DNA of 64,000 nucleotides from the NCBI GenBank assembly GCA_964016885.1, contig OZ024741.1, forward strand, positions 210,428,001 to 210,492,000, read 5' to 3'. The notes under the pieces are model-generated. The model had not been told where the DNA came from and made no database searches. It saw nothing but the letters and a program-made list of their open reading frames with translations. Positions 34,402 through 45,119 of this stretch are shown here, piece after piece; position 1 is the stretch's first letter, and the number at the start of each line of letters is the position of its first letter. Position numbers and translations under genes: made by a program. Source of the DNA: Eledone cirrhosa (lineage: Eukaryota).

Positions 34402-37400
34402 CTACAGAACAATGTAGAGAGAAGGCCCATTTACACGGGCCATTCTCGCTTCTTTCACCCACCTTTCATAAAACTGTCTGGGACCAAGCACTTCTCTCTC
34501 CATCCTGATTCTTCTTCCGAAGTGGTATCGGAAGAAGTAAACCAGGTGATGGCCGGAGAGAAAGTCACCCGACCTCAGACCTTTCAGGCGCGTCCACCAC
34601 ACAACCTCTTTCATCATGGCTATTACGCACAGAAAGACCGCCTCTGCTTCATTTCTGAAGGGAGGAGGCGGCTTGATGTTCACCACAGACTCGGCGGTTA
34701 ATCGAATCGGCGCCACACGCGACAGCAGTCGTTCGACGTAGCCCCACAGATCGGCAACGCCCGGGCAGTGTACCAGTGCATGCGCAACGGTTTCCTCGTC
34801 GCGCACGCATCTGGGACAGATCTTTTTCGCGGGATCCCTGCCCGGGCGCCCGTGTCTGTAGAGCTTTTCTCGAACGGGCAGAGCCCCCCGGTAACACTGC
34901 CAGGCTAGGGACCTCTGGAAGTTGTCCATGGGTCCCGGGCCGAAAGTTCTACCGAACAGGCTGGCCAGTTCGTCCTCCTCCATGCCTAGCGACTCTCCAA
35001 GGGTGTCGTCGCCCCTGCTAGCCACCAACCCTCTATAGAATGTCGAGGTGGATTCTCCACTGACAGTCGGGTCCGCTTGCCAGATAGCCGTGAGCGCCTG
35101 GGCACACTCAGTGTGCCAGTTGCCCAGTTTTCTCGGTCTTTGCTTCACCCAGGATTGCAGTTCGGTGAGCGAGACGAGCTGTGGGAAGGCTCGCCTCACA
35201 AACGGGGCCCACACCGGCTGACCGTTGAGGAATACCTGTAGATGCCGTAGCCTCAATGCGTGCCTACGCATCAACAGCCACGGCATACCCAGCCCTCCTT
35301 TCGAAGGGTGCTGGCAGCAGATGGATCTCCTCACCATGGGAGGCCGCTTCTTCCAGAGGAACTGGAAGAGCATGCGTTCCATGATGGTGAGCTTTTCCTT
35401 GGGGCAAGGCACGACGGTCAGGCGGTAGTAGATGACGGACGCTATGTAAGCGTTCGTCACCTCCGCCCGACCTTTCAGTGATAGTTTGCACTTGGCCCAC
35501 TTCTGGGTCAGCGCAAACACCCTGCTCGTCACCTCGCCCCAATTCTTCTCCACCTGGAGGTCCGGTCCGAACCAGACCCCGAGCAGCTTCACCGGGCCCT
35601 CCGTCCACCGCCCGACGACACCGTCTAACGTCATCGGTTTGCCCCTCCACGTTCCGAGTTGCAAACCGACTGACTTGTCCTGGTTCAGCTTAGCCCCCGT
35701 CAGCCTTTCGTATTCCTCCAGTAGGGTGGCGATCGCCCCGATTTCCGAGGCGTCCGCCACCATTACTGTTACGTCGTCGGCATAGGCCGAGACCGCTTTG
35801 TGCAATCCCGGTTCCAGGGGTATGCCCCGCAGCAACTCCAACTTCCGCAGCAGTGGCTCGAGAGTCAATACGTACAGAAGGGAGGAGAGGGGGCACCCCT
35901 GTCTGATGGATCGGGTGATTTGAAACGGCTCCGAGAGGTAGCCGTTTACTTTAATCCTAGAGTAGATGTTGCCACTGTGCATGGCAGAAATCCAGCCCCT
36001 GAAAACGGGTCCGAAGCCCGCCGCCGCTAGCACCGCATCCAGGTAACCATGGTCGACCCTATCGAACGCCTTAGATTGATCCAAGTTGATCAGGGCCCCA
36101 CCAAAGCCGGGTTCGTAGCCAACCCTCTCTATGATGTATCGCATGAGGTGGAGGTTGTCGTGAATGGACCTGGACGGGATAGCGCATGTCTGCGCGTCTC
36201 CCACCAAACCACCCACCACAAGCGCCAACCTCTTTGCCAACACCTTGGCCAAAATCTGTAACTCTGCATTCAGCAGAGTTATGGGCCTAAAGTTACTTAA
36301 GTCGTCCCCCTTGCTCTCGTCCTTCCTCACTAGCGTGACCACGCCCTTGGTCACAGAACAGGGAATTCTCCCGTTCTGTTGCCAGTTGCAATAGACAGCC
36401 TCGAGGAGTTCGGAGAACAAGACCGGCATAGCTAAATAAAGTTCGTATGGTAGACCATCGAGACCCGGGGATTTGCGTCTGCTGCATTGGCTGAGCGCTT
36501 CCCCGATTTCAGTGGCTGTGATTGGCCCTTCGCAGCACTCCGCTTCGCCGCTCGAAAGACGCGGTAGACCGTCGAGGTATGGACCGAAGTCCACATCCCC
36601 GTCCGGCCCCCCGCCACCTCCGAACAGTCGAGCAAAGTGCCTTTGAAAGGTCTCGCACATTCGCTCAGTTTCAAGGATCACCCGTCCATCCTGGTCTCGC
36701 AAAGACCGAATGGTGGATTTAATCCCACTCTTGGCTTCTGTCACGCGGGCCCAGCTAACAGCTTTGGTCCCCTCGTTTCCTAAAGCACGTATTTTACTTC
36801 GGACAACGCAGCCTTCGTGCTTCGCGTCAAAGAACTGGCTCAATGCCGTTCTCGTCGCTAACACTCTGGCTACGTCTCCGCTCCTAATCGCCTCTTCTAG
36901 TTTATCTGTTAACTCCCTTTCCCTCCTATTTCTATTCGCCGCTAGTTCCTTACTGTAACCTATCGAACTTACTCTAATCTCTCTCTTTAGAGATATCCAC
37001 CACCTACTGTTGACGATCGCTCCCGTCAACCGCATCTTAACTAAGCTACTAATCCGGTTTCTGTAATCTTTCTTTGTCGGTAAGGACAAGTTCATCTTCC
37101 AGTAACCGGGACCCTGTCTATGCGTTCTATCAAGGTTGACCACGCAGGTCACTAATTTGTGATCTGAATAGCCAACCATGATCAGTTCTGGACAACTAAA
37201 TACGTCCCTATCCTTACTCCTAACCAAAAACCTATCTAGGTACGATCTAGATTGTCCACTGCGGTTTGCCCAGGTCCAGGTTGGCGCAGTTGGACAATCT
37301 AGTCGAAATCTATCGACCAGGTCGAATCGATCGAGTAACCCCTTGAGGCTGCTACACCCCCCTCTATCGGGACATGCCCCTGCATAGTCCCAACGCGCAT

Positions 37401-37830
37401 CTAGGATTCCATTCCAGTCCCCCACTAAAAGCAGGGAACGCGACGTTCCTAGAAAAGTCTCCAGACGTTGGAAGAAGTCGGCTCTCTCCGCCCCGAAGGG
37501 AGCATAAAGACCGACCAGTCTGAAAGCCCCGCCTTCACCACCTCCGACGTCCAGCACCAGTAATCGACCCCCCGGGTCCGAGTGAACAATCTGTACGTCG
37601 AGAGTCAGACGTTTATCCAGCAGTACGGCAACTCCCCCCCCGCCTCCGGGTTGACAGAGAGATGCGTGCATCTCAAAGTCATCGAAGGCGGGCGCCAGCT
37701 GTCTCACGCTGCTGATCCGACTCTCGCAAACAACCATCACATCTATACTTTGTGACCTGAGGTCACTTAGAAGCTTTGCTTGCTTCCAAGCTGAGCTCAG
37801 GCCACGCGCGTTCAAACAGCCAACTCTCAA
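34402..37830 (-). CDS. Copy D ORF2: APE endonuclease, reverse transcriptase, C-terminal zinc finger (1142 aa)
   Basis: All motifs intact (LNARGL, CESR, LYAP, GDWN, SYLD, SDH; QGCPLS, YADD; CPRC..H..C). The position of the ATG in B and C reads ATA here. Confidence 0.92.
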   Translation of the reverse strand: MRVGCLNARGLSSAWKQAKLLSDLRSQSIDVMVVCESRISSVRQLAPAFDDFEMHASLCQPGGGGGVAVLLDKRLTLDVQIVHSDPGGRLLVLDVGGGEGGAFRLVGLYAPFGAERADFFQRLETFLGTSRSLLLVGDWNGILDARWDYAGACPDRGGCSSLKGLLDRFDLVDRFRLDCPTAPTWTWANRSGQSRSYLDRFLVRSKDRDVFSCPELIMVGYSDHKLVTCVVNLDRTHRQGPGYWKMNLSLPTKKDYRNRISSLVKMRLTGAIVNSRWWISLKREIRVSSIGYSKELAANRNRRERELTDKLEEAIRSGDVARVLATRTALSQFFDAKHEGCVVRSKIRALGNEGTKAVSWARVTEAKSGIKSTIRSLRDQDGRVILETERMCETFQRHFARLFGGGGGPDGDVDFGPYLDGLPRLSSGEAECCEGPITATEIGEALSQCSRRKSPGLDGLPYELYLAMPVLFSELLEAVYCNWQQNGRIPCSVTKGVVTLVRKDESKGDDLSNFRPITLLNAELQILAKVLAKRLALVVGGLVGDAQTCAIPSRSIHDNLHLMRYIIERVGYEPGFGGALINLDQSKAFDRVDHGYLDAVLAAAGFGPVFRGWISAMHSGNIYSRIKVNGYLSEPFQITRSIRQGCPLSSLLYVLTLEPLLRKLELLRGIPLEPGLHKAVSAYADDVTVMVADASEIGAIATLLEEYERLTGAKLNQDKSVGLQLGTWRGKPMTLDGVVGRWTEGPVKLLGVWFGPDLQVEKNWGEVTSRVFALTQKWAKCKLSLKGRAEVTNAYIASVIYYRLTVVPCPKEKLTIMERMLFQFLWKKRPPMVRRSICCQHPSKGGLGMPWLLMRRHALRLRHLQVFLNGQPVWAPFVRRAFPQLVSLTELQSWVKQRPRKLGNWHTECAQALTAIWQADPTVSGESTSTFYRGLVASRGDDTLGESLGMEEDELASLFGRTFGPGPMDNFQRSLAWQCYRGALPVREKLYRHGRPGRDPAKKICPRCVRDEETVAHALVHCPGVADLWGYVERLLSRVAPIRLTAESVVNIKPPPPFRNEAEAVFLCVIAMMKEVVWWTRLKGLRSGDFLSGHHLVYFFRYHFGRRIRMEREVLGPRQFYERWVKEARMARVNGPSLYIVL

Positions 37831-37835
37831 TTGAT

Positions 37836-39679
37836 CTATTTTGGTGTTGAAAGTGAAGAAAGAAAAGCACTTACCTCTCCGGGTTGCGTAATTTCCATGG
37901 CATCAGGTGTGTTGGGTGGAGGGATGTTTTGTGGTGGTGTGGGGGTACACGTGTGTGGTGGGGTTGGGGTATTTGGAGTTGTGTCAGGGAGAGGGGCGGT
38001 TATGGGGAAATCTTTCAAGAGGACGCGATTCAACGGTTTTAAACAGGGGGGGGGGGGGCTCACGTCCCGTCTAAATTGTTCTTTTAAGGAACGATAAAGG
38101 TCCAGAGGGACCTTTATCATTTTTAAATGGGTGAAGTTCTCTGTTGAGATAAAGTTTGGCCCTTCGGTCTGCACCATAGGGTTATTGTTTATTAATTTAA
38201 CCAGTTTTTTGTTTTCTTTATTTATATATGTGTATTGCAACGTCTTTTTTTGTGATGCTGTCAATGTTTCGGAGAGGGGAGGCGCAGATTTATTTTTGTT
38301 TGTTGAGGGTGGGGTGTTTTTGATTGGAGTTGGTGTTTGTGTGTGGGTTATTTGTGGTGTGCTGGGTGTGTGTTTTCTTTTTTTTCTTTTAACTTGTCTG
38401 AAGGCTTCTCCTCCTTCTTCTTCAGAAGTTGGGGGAAACTCTTCAGCGCTAGGTGGGAGGGACGTGTTGTGTGGTTGTTTTTTTTTTTTGCGGGAGGGGT
38501 AGATTTGTTACTGTTTTTTTTATTATTTGTTTGGAATGGGTTTTGTGGTGGTGGTGGTGGTAATGTTTGTGTCGTGCTTGTGGTTGGTAATGGTGGTGGT
38601 GATGTTTGTGTTGTGGTTGGTGGTGGTGATTTTTGTGTCGTGCTTGTGTTTGGTGCTGGTGGTGGTGATGTTTGTGTTGTGTTTGTGGTTGGTGGTGTCT
38701 GTATTTTGTTTGCTGTGTGTGGTATTAGTGTATTTTTGGAGGTGGGTGGTGCTGGTGTACTGTTTGTGGTGGGTGTGGGCAATAGTCCTTTTTGGGGGAT
38801 ACGTTTCGGGCAGTTAGCCTTAACGTGTCCCCTTTCCATGCATAAATAGCATGCTGGTCTTCTCCCCTCTACAATTATGTCTATTGGGGTAAGGTCATCC
38901 AGCCAGATGCGATCCGGGATTTGTGCTATTCTTTCGGGCCTCATTTGGACTAGTATGTCGAGGCCCATTCCCAGGAACGCATCTCCAGTTGCCTTCCCCA
39001 TTGACAGCATAGTGTCTTCGCCCATATCAATGAAGCCAGCAATAGCCCACCAGAAGTCCATTGTGGGCAGCATTGTTTTTACTTTTATTCTCTGTGTTCT
39101 TCTACCCATGTAGGAGGGATAGAAGCTATATGTTGTCGACGAGAGTGGGCTTAGGGAAAGCTGAACCGCCGTTTCTTTGTCTCTTGTTAGGACCGAAATG
39201 CTGCCATAGAGTCGGTCCTTTCGTATGAAGAGAATATTCTTCATATAGTCTTTTAGGACTAACTCTATTTCCATTTGGCTGGGCTGTGCTGGCTTTCTTG
39301 ACTGGTTTAGTATAGTTCTGTATATAACTGTGTTTTCTGCTCTGGCTTTCTTGAATTCTGGGGGGGAGTTAATGGAAAACATTCCGTTCTCCCCCAAAAC
39401 AATATGTTTCTTTGCTTCGGCCAGTTTTTCTCTGGCGGCAGTTAGGTCAATTGGTGTGTATGTAATGGATTGCTTTGTTTTCTGGGCGAAAGTTGCCCTG
39501 TCGTTATTTGTATTATTTTCTGTTTGTTTGTTTTCTGTTTGCTCATTTTCCTTAACATTTGTTTTTTCATTTTGTTTGTTTGTTTCAATGTCTAATTTTG
39601 TTGTAATTATTTTTTGTTCTTCAGACTTGGGGGGCGTGGCAGAGCTAATGGCAGACATGTCTGCCATCTTTTCCGCCAT
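37836..39679 (-). pseudogene. Copy D ORF1 with one frameshift in a homopolymer (~38478-38489)
   Basis: ORF 38348-39706 (EGRRPACYLCMERGHVKANC) plus 37836-38264 (conserved KPLNRVLLK C-terminus). Confidence 0.85.
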
Positions 39680-39881
39680 GCTGCCAAGAAAGAAATTTTT
39701 CGGCAAAAATAGATATTTATTTTACCCCCTAAAAAGGGGGTAAATGCAAAAATGTTTCCCTAAATAACAGGGGTTAGTGTTCCAAATGTGTTGCACTAAA
39801 AAATTTATCCGGTACTTACAATAGTAAGGGTAAATCCCGATGGAATAGCGGAGCCGATGCGAAGCGTGTCTTACTCTATCA

Positions 39882-39915
39882 AGATAGATAGATAGATAGA
39901 TAGATAGATGGATAG

Positions 39916-39982
<67 letters not shown>

Positions 39983-40050
39983 TAGAGGGATAGATAGATA
40001 GATAGATGGATATAGATAGATGGCTCGATAGATAGATGGATATAGATATA
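39882..40050. repeat. (GATA)n tract between copies D and E
   Basis: Seen directly. Confidence 0.95.
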
Positions 40051-42417
40051 TTTCTTTATTTGCCACAAGGGCGCACAAGAAAAGGGGACAAAACAAAGAC
40101 ACATGCCGGGGATTTAACATACAGTCGTGTAAAAATATTGAAATAAAAAATTTAGCAATCGAAATCCCCAATAGCGGGGAGGCGTTACAAATGGGTTGTT
40201 TAATACCCCGTAGATAGAACAACCATCAACTCCAGGAGCGTGTTGTGCATGTGCTTTCTTCCTTTTGCTCTCTTCTTTAACCTACAGGTTTATATACAGA
40301 GAAGGCCTAATCACTCGGGCCATTTTTGCTACATTCACCCACCTTTCAGTAAATTTACTGGGGTACAATGCCTCTCTCTCCACTCTGATTCTCCTTCTAA
40401 AGTGGTACCTAAAGAAGGGAATGAGTTGTTGTCCGGAGAGAAAAGCATCTGTCCTCAGTCCTCTCAATCTCATCCACCATATAAATTCTTTCACCATAGA
40501 CACTATACAGAGGAAAACCGCCTCTTTCGTTTTTGAAAAAGTTGGCGGTTTGATCCTTACTATGGACTCGGCAGTCAACTGGATTTGTCCCACACGCGAC
40601 AGCAGTTGTTCTGCGTAGTTTCGCAGGTCAGTTACGCCCGGGAAGTGTGCAATTGCGTGCAAGACGGTTTCAATGTCCTGTTCGCATCTTGGACACGTCC
40701 TCTTGGAAGGATCTCTGTCGGGGCGTCCGTGCCTGTAGCTCTTGTCTCGAACTGTTAGAGATCCTCGGTAGCACTGCCAGGCGAGGAACCTTTGGAAGTT
40801 GTCCATAGGTCCCGGGCGGCAAGTTCTACCCAACAGACTGGTGAGCTCGTCGTCTTCGACGCACAGAGTTTCTCCGAGCACGCCGTCACACTTGTGACGT
40901 ACTAACCCTCTATAGAATGTCGAAGTGGAGTCTGCACTGATTGCTGTGCCCGCTTGACAGAGGACTGTGAGCGCCTGAGCGCATTCAATGTGTCAGGCGC
41001 CCATTTCTTCGGTCTCCGCTTGACCCAGGACTGCAGCTCTGTCAGCGAGACAAGTTGCGGGAAGGCCTCTCTTACAAACGGGGCACACACCGGTTGTTCG
41101 GTGAGGAATACCTGGAGAAGCCGTAGCCTCAATGCGTATTTGCGTATCATCAGCCACGGCATTCCCAGCCCTTCGTTGGAAGGGTGCTGACAGAAGACGG
41201 TCCTCCTCACCAGTGGAGCCTGCTTCTTCCAAAGGAACTGGAAGAGCATGCGTTCCATCTTGGTGAGGTTTTGACGGGGACAAGGCATGACGGTCAAGCG
41301 GTAGTAGATGACGGACGCTATAAAAGTGTTCGCCACCTCCGCTCGACCTTTCAAGGATAGTTTGCACTCTGCCCACTTCTGGGTGAGTGCAAATACTTGA
41401 CCGTGACCTCGTTCCAGTTTTTCTCCACCTGCAGGTCCGGACCGAACCAGACCCCGAGCAATTTCATCGGTCTTTCCGTCCATTGTCCGACGACGCCGGC
41501 GTACGGCATCGGTTTGCCTCTCCAGGTTCCGAGTTGAAAACCGACAAACTTGTCCGGGTTCAGTTTTGCTCCTGTGAGCCTTTCGTATTACTGCAGTAAG
41601 TTGCAGATCGCCCCGATTTCCGAGGTTTTCGACACCATTACTATGACGTCGTCGGCATAAGCTGACGCCGCTTCCGCAGTCCTGGTTCCAACGGGATCCC
41701 TGCAGAAGCTCCAACTTCCGCCGTAGTGGTTCTAGAGTCAATACGTACAGAATGGAGGAGAGAGGGCATCCCTGTCGGATGGAACGCTTTGATGCTTTGA
41801 TCCAGCCTCTGAAGACGGGTCCGAAACTGGCCGCCTTGAGAACCGCTTCCAAGCATCGGTGGTCGACCCTATCGAACGCCTTAGACTGATCGAAATTGAT
41901 CAGAGCCCCACCGAAGCGGGGTTTACACCGCACCCTCTCTATAAAGTATCGCATGAAGTGGAGGTTGTCATGAATGGACCTGGTCGGAATTGCACACGTT
42001 TGAGCTTTTCCCACAAGGTTCTCGACGACAAGCACCAACCTCGTTGCTAACACCTTGGCCAAAATCTTTAACTCTGTGTTTAGGAGAGTTATGGGCCTAA
42101 ATTTGATTAGTTCGTCCTCCTTGTTCTCGTCTTTCCTGATCAGCGTTACTACGCCCCTGCCTGCAGAACTGGGAAATTCTCCCGTTCTGCTGCAGTTGCA
42201 GGAGACGGCTTCGAGGACGCCAGAGAACAAGTCCGGCATGCATATGTAAAACTCATAAGGTATACCATCTAGACCGGGTGATTTGCGTTTCCTGCAGCGG
42301 CCCAGAGCGTCCCGTATCTCAGTGGCTATGATTGGTCTTTCGCAGAACTCGACATCCATGGTCGAGAGACGCGGTAGGCCGTTGGGGTGTGAACCGAAGT
42401 CTATTGCCTCGTTCGGC
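40051..42417 (-). mobile_element. Tx1-like element, copy E (5'-truncated, most decayed)
   Basis: RT and zinc finger fragments with several frameshifts and deletions (40282-42417). Same 3'-terminal motif, AATAAA and TATC tail. Confidence 0.9.
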
Positions 42418-42968
42418 GGTGACGGTGGTGACGGTGATGACGGTGATGGTGACGATGATGGTGGTGATGATGGTGATGGTGATGATGATCGTGATGATGA
42501 TGATGAGGGTGATAGTGATGATGGTGATGATGGTGATGATGGTGATGATGGTGATGGTGATGATGGTGATGGTGATGGTGATGGTGGTGATGGTGATGGT
42601 GATGGTGATGGTGGTGATGGTGATGGTGATGGTGATGATGGTGATGGTGGTGGTGATGATGGTGATGGTGATGGTGATGGTGGTGATGGTGATAGTGGTG
42701 ATGGTGATGGTGACAGTGATGTTGATGATGATGGTGATGGTGATGATGATGGTGATGATGGTGATGGTGATGATGATGGTGATGATGGTGATGGTGATGG
42801 TTGTGATGGTGATGGTGATGGTGGTGATGGTGATGGTGATGGTGATGGTGGTGATGGTGACAGTGATGTTGATGATGATGGTGATGGTGATGATGATGGT
42901 GATGATGGTGATGATGATGGTGATGGTGATGGTGATGGTGATGATGATGGTGGTGATGATGGTGATGA
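42418..42968. repeat. (GAT/GGT)n trinucleotide repeat
   Basis: Seen directly. Confidence 0.95.
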
Positions 42969-43072
42969 CAAGGAGGTGTCCCTAGTTGACATTGATGACA
43001 ACAATGTTACAGAAGACGCAGCTGGCATGAAAATGTGAGAGACGTTCCTCAGTCCCAAGGTAGTCTTTCTAC

Positions 43073-43346
43073 TGTGTGTGTGTGTATGTCTGTCTGTATG
43101 TGTGTATGTGTGTATATGTGTGTAAGTATGTATGTGTGTATGTGTGCATGTATGTATGTGCGTGTGTATGTGTGTATGTATGTGTGTATGTATGCATATA
43201 TGTATGTGCGTGTGTATGTATGTATGTATGTATGTATGCATATATGTATGTGCGTGTGTATGTATGTATGTATGAATGTATGTATGTATGCATATATGTA
43301 TGTGCGTGTGTATGTATGTATGTATGAATGTATGTATGTATGTATG
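43073..43346. repeat. (GTAT)n/(GT)n compound microsatellite
   Basis: Seen directly. Confidence 0.95.
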
Positions 43347-43600
43347 TAACATGTATCCCAATACAACCTGACTCATGGTCGGGTCGTTAGCGACTAAACT
43401 GGCAACCCCACCAAGGTTTCTTGGTGAGGAGGGTGACTTTGGACATCCTGCAGAACTAAAAACAAAACCTGTCAAAGGGCAAAGGAGCTCTTAAGAGTCA
43501 ATGGCCATCCAAAATCACTGGGAGAGATGACCCCTTAGCCTTTGTCAAGGCAGAATTCTAGGAGAAGGAAAACTCTGATATAACACCTGCAACCCTGATG
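43347..43600 (+). mobile_element. Probable RTE-clade LINE 5'UTR fragment
   Basis: Shares ~100 bp with 7448-7548 and contains ctaggagaaggaaaactctga, a motif I recall from RTE 5'UTRs. Confidence 0.5.
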
Positions 43601-43929
43601 GTATCCAATGATGTTGACTTGTTCTTCTTTTTGGTAAATATCATCTTGGTTAAGAGAGTGGGACTGGCTTTGTGCAGTGCCTTTGCTCACTATAAAAGCT
43701 TCACGGCACAGGCATTGCTTTATATCTGGAGATCTCTCTGCACTTGTCGTCACATGGTACCATGGGCCCAGCACTATGTGTCAATAATTGTCACAAGTGT
43801 AGTGTTTGTGCCAGAGTTTTCAGGTCGCTGGCAGGACTAAAAAGTCACACTCGTTCAGCGCATCGGTAGGGGTTCTCCTACATGGATATAAAGTAGTGGC
43901 CGTACTCGAAAACGAGTTGGCAGCCACCA

Positions 43930-44365
<436 letters not shown>

Positions 44366-44509
44366 TACAGAATACGTTGCTGTCATTGTTACGTGCTATA
44401 GTGTGATCACATAGAACGAGACCCTCCTTCCCGACATCCAGACGTCCACATCCTGAAGCTGACGTCCTGCTATGAACAATGGGATTGATAGCTTAATTGC
44501 ACCTTGGAT

Positions 44510-45118
44510 CCACCAACTCCATCACCACTGCCACCACCATCACCACTAGCAGCAGCAGCAGTAGCAGAGCAGCAGCAGCAGCAGCAGCAGTAGCAGAGCA
44601 GCAGCAGCAGCAGCAGCAGCACCACCACCACCACCACCACCACCACAATAACCGACACCACCACCACCACTATCACCAACAGCACCACCATTATCACCAA
44701 CACCCCGACACCACCGCCACCACCACCACCACCACTAGCAGCACCACCACCGCCACCAACACCATTATCACACCAATACCACCATAACCAACAACACAAC
44801 CATTATCACCAACACCACCACCACCACCTCCACCACCACTACCACCACCACCAACACCACCACTATAACCAACACCAGCAAAACCACCACCACCACTACC
44901 ACCACCACCACCACTACCACCACCACCACCACCACCACCATAACCCCTCCCCCACACCACCACCACTATAACCAACACCATCAAAACCACCACCACCACT
45001 ACCACCACCAACACAACCACCCCCACATAACAAACCCCCCACCACCACCACTATAACCACCACCACCACCACCACCATAACCAACACCACCACCATAACC
45101 AACACCCACCACCACCAT
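44510..45118. repeat. (CAG)n/(CAC)n trinucleotide low-complexity tract
   Basis: Seen directly. Confidence 0.95.
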
Positions 45119-45119
45119 T

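Larger units (their letters stand above)
34150..39877 (-). mobile_element. Tx1-like element, copy D (full length, ORF2 open)
   Basis: ORF1, an uninterrupted ORF2 and the conserved UTRs, bounded by GATA tracts. Confidence 0.92.

Noticed and set aside
19195-39743. Numerous short plus-strand and alternative-frame ORFs over the Tx1 copies
   Set aside because: Shadow ORFs of GC-rich ORF2 and low-complexity ORF1, with no independent motifs.
40902-43475. 857-aa ORF with a Ser/Pro-rich N-terminus fused to RT
   Set aside because: Chance read-through of (TACA)n and (ATC/ACC)n repeats into frameshifted copy E.
44370-44510. Short unique island as a possible host exon
   Set aside because: No recognisable protein and no clear acceptor/donor pair with an open frame. 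It cannot be supported without RNA data.
44497-45026. PolyQ/polyH/polyG ORFs resembling a transcription-factor exon
   Set aside because: Pure trinucleotide repeat with no folded domain or convincing splice context.
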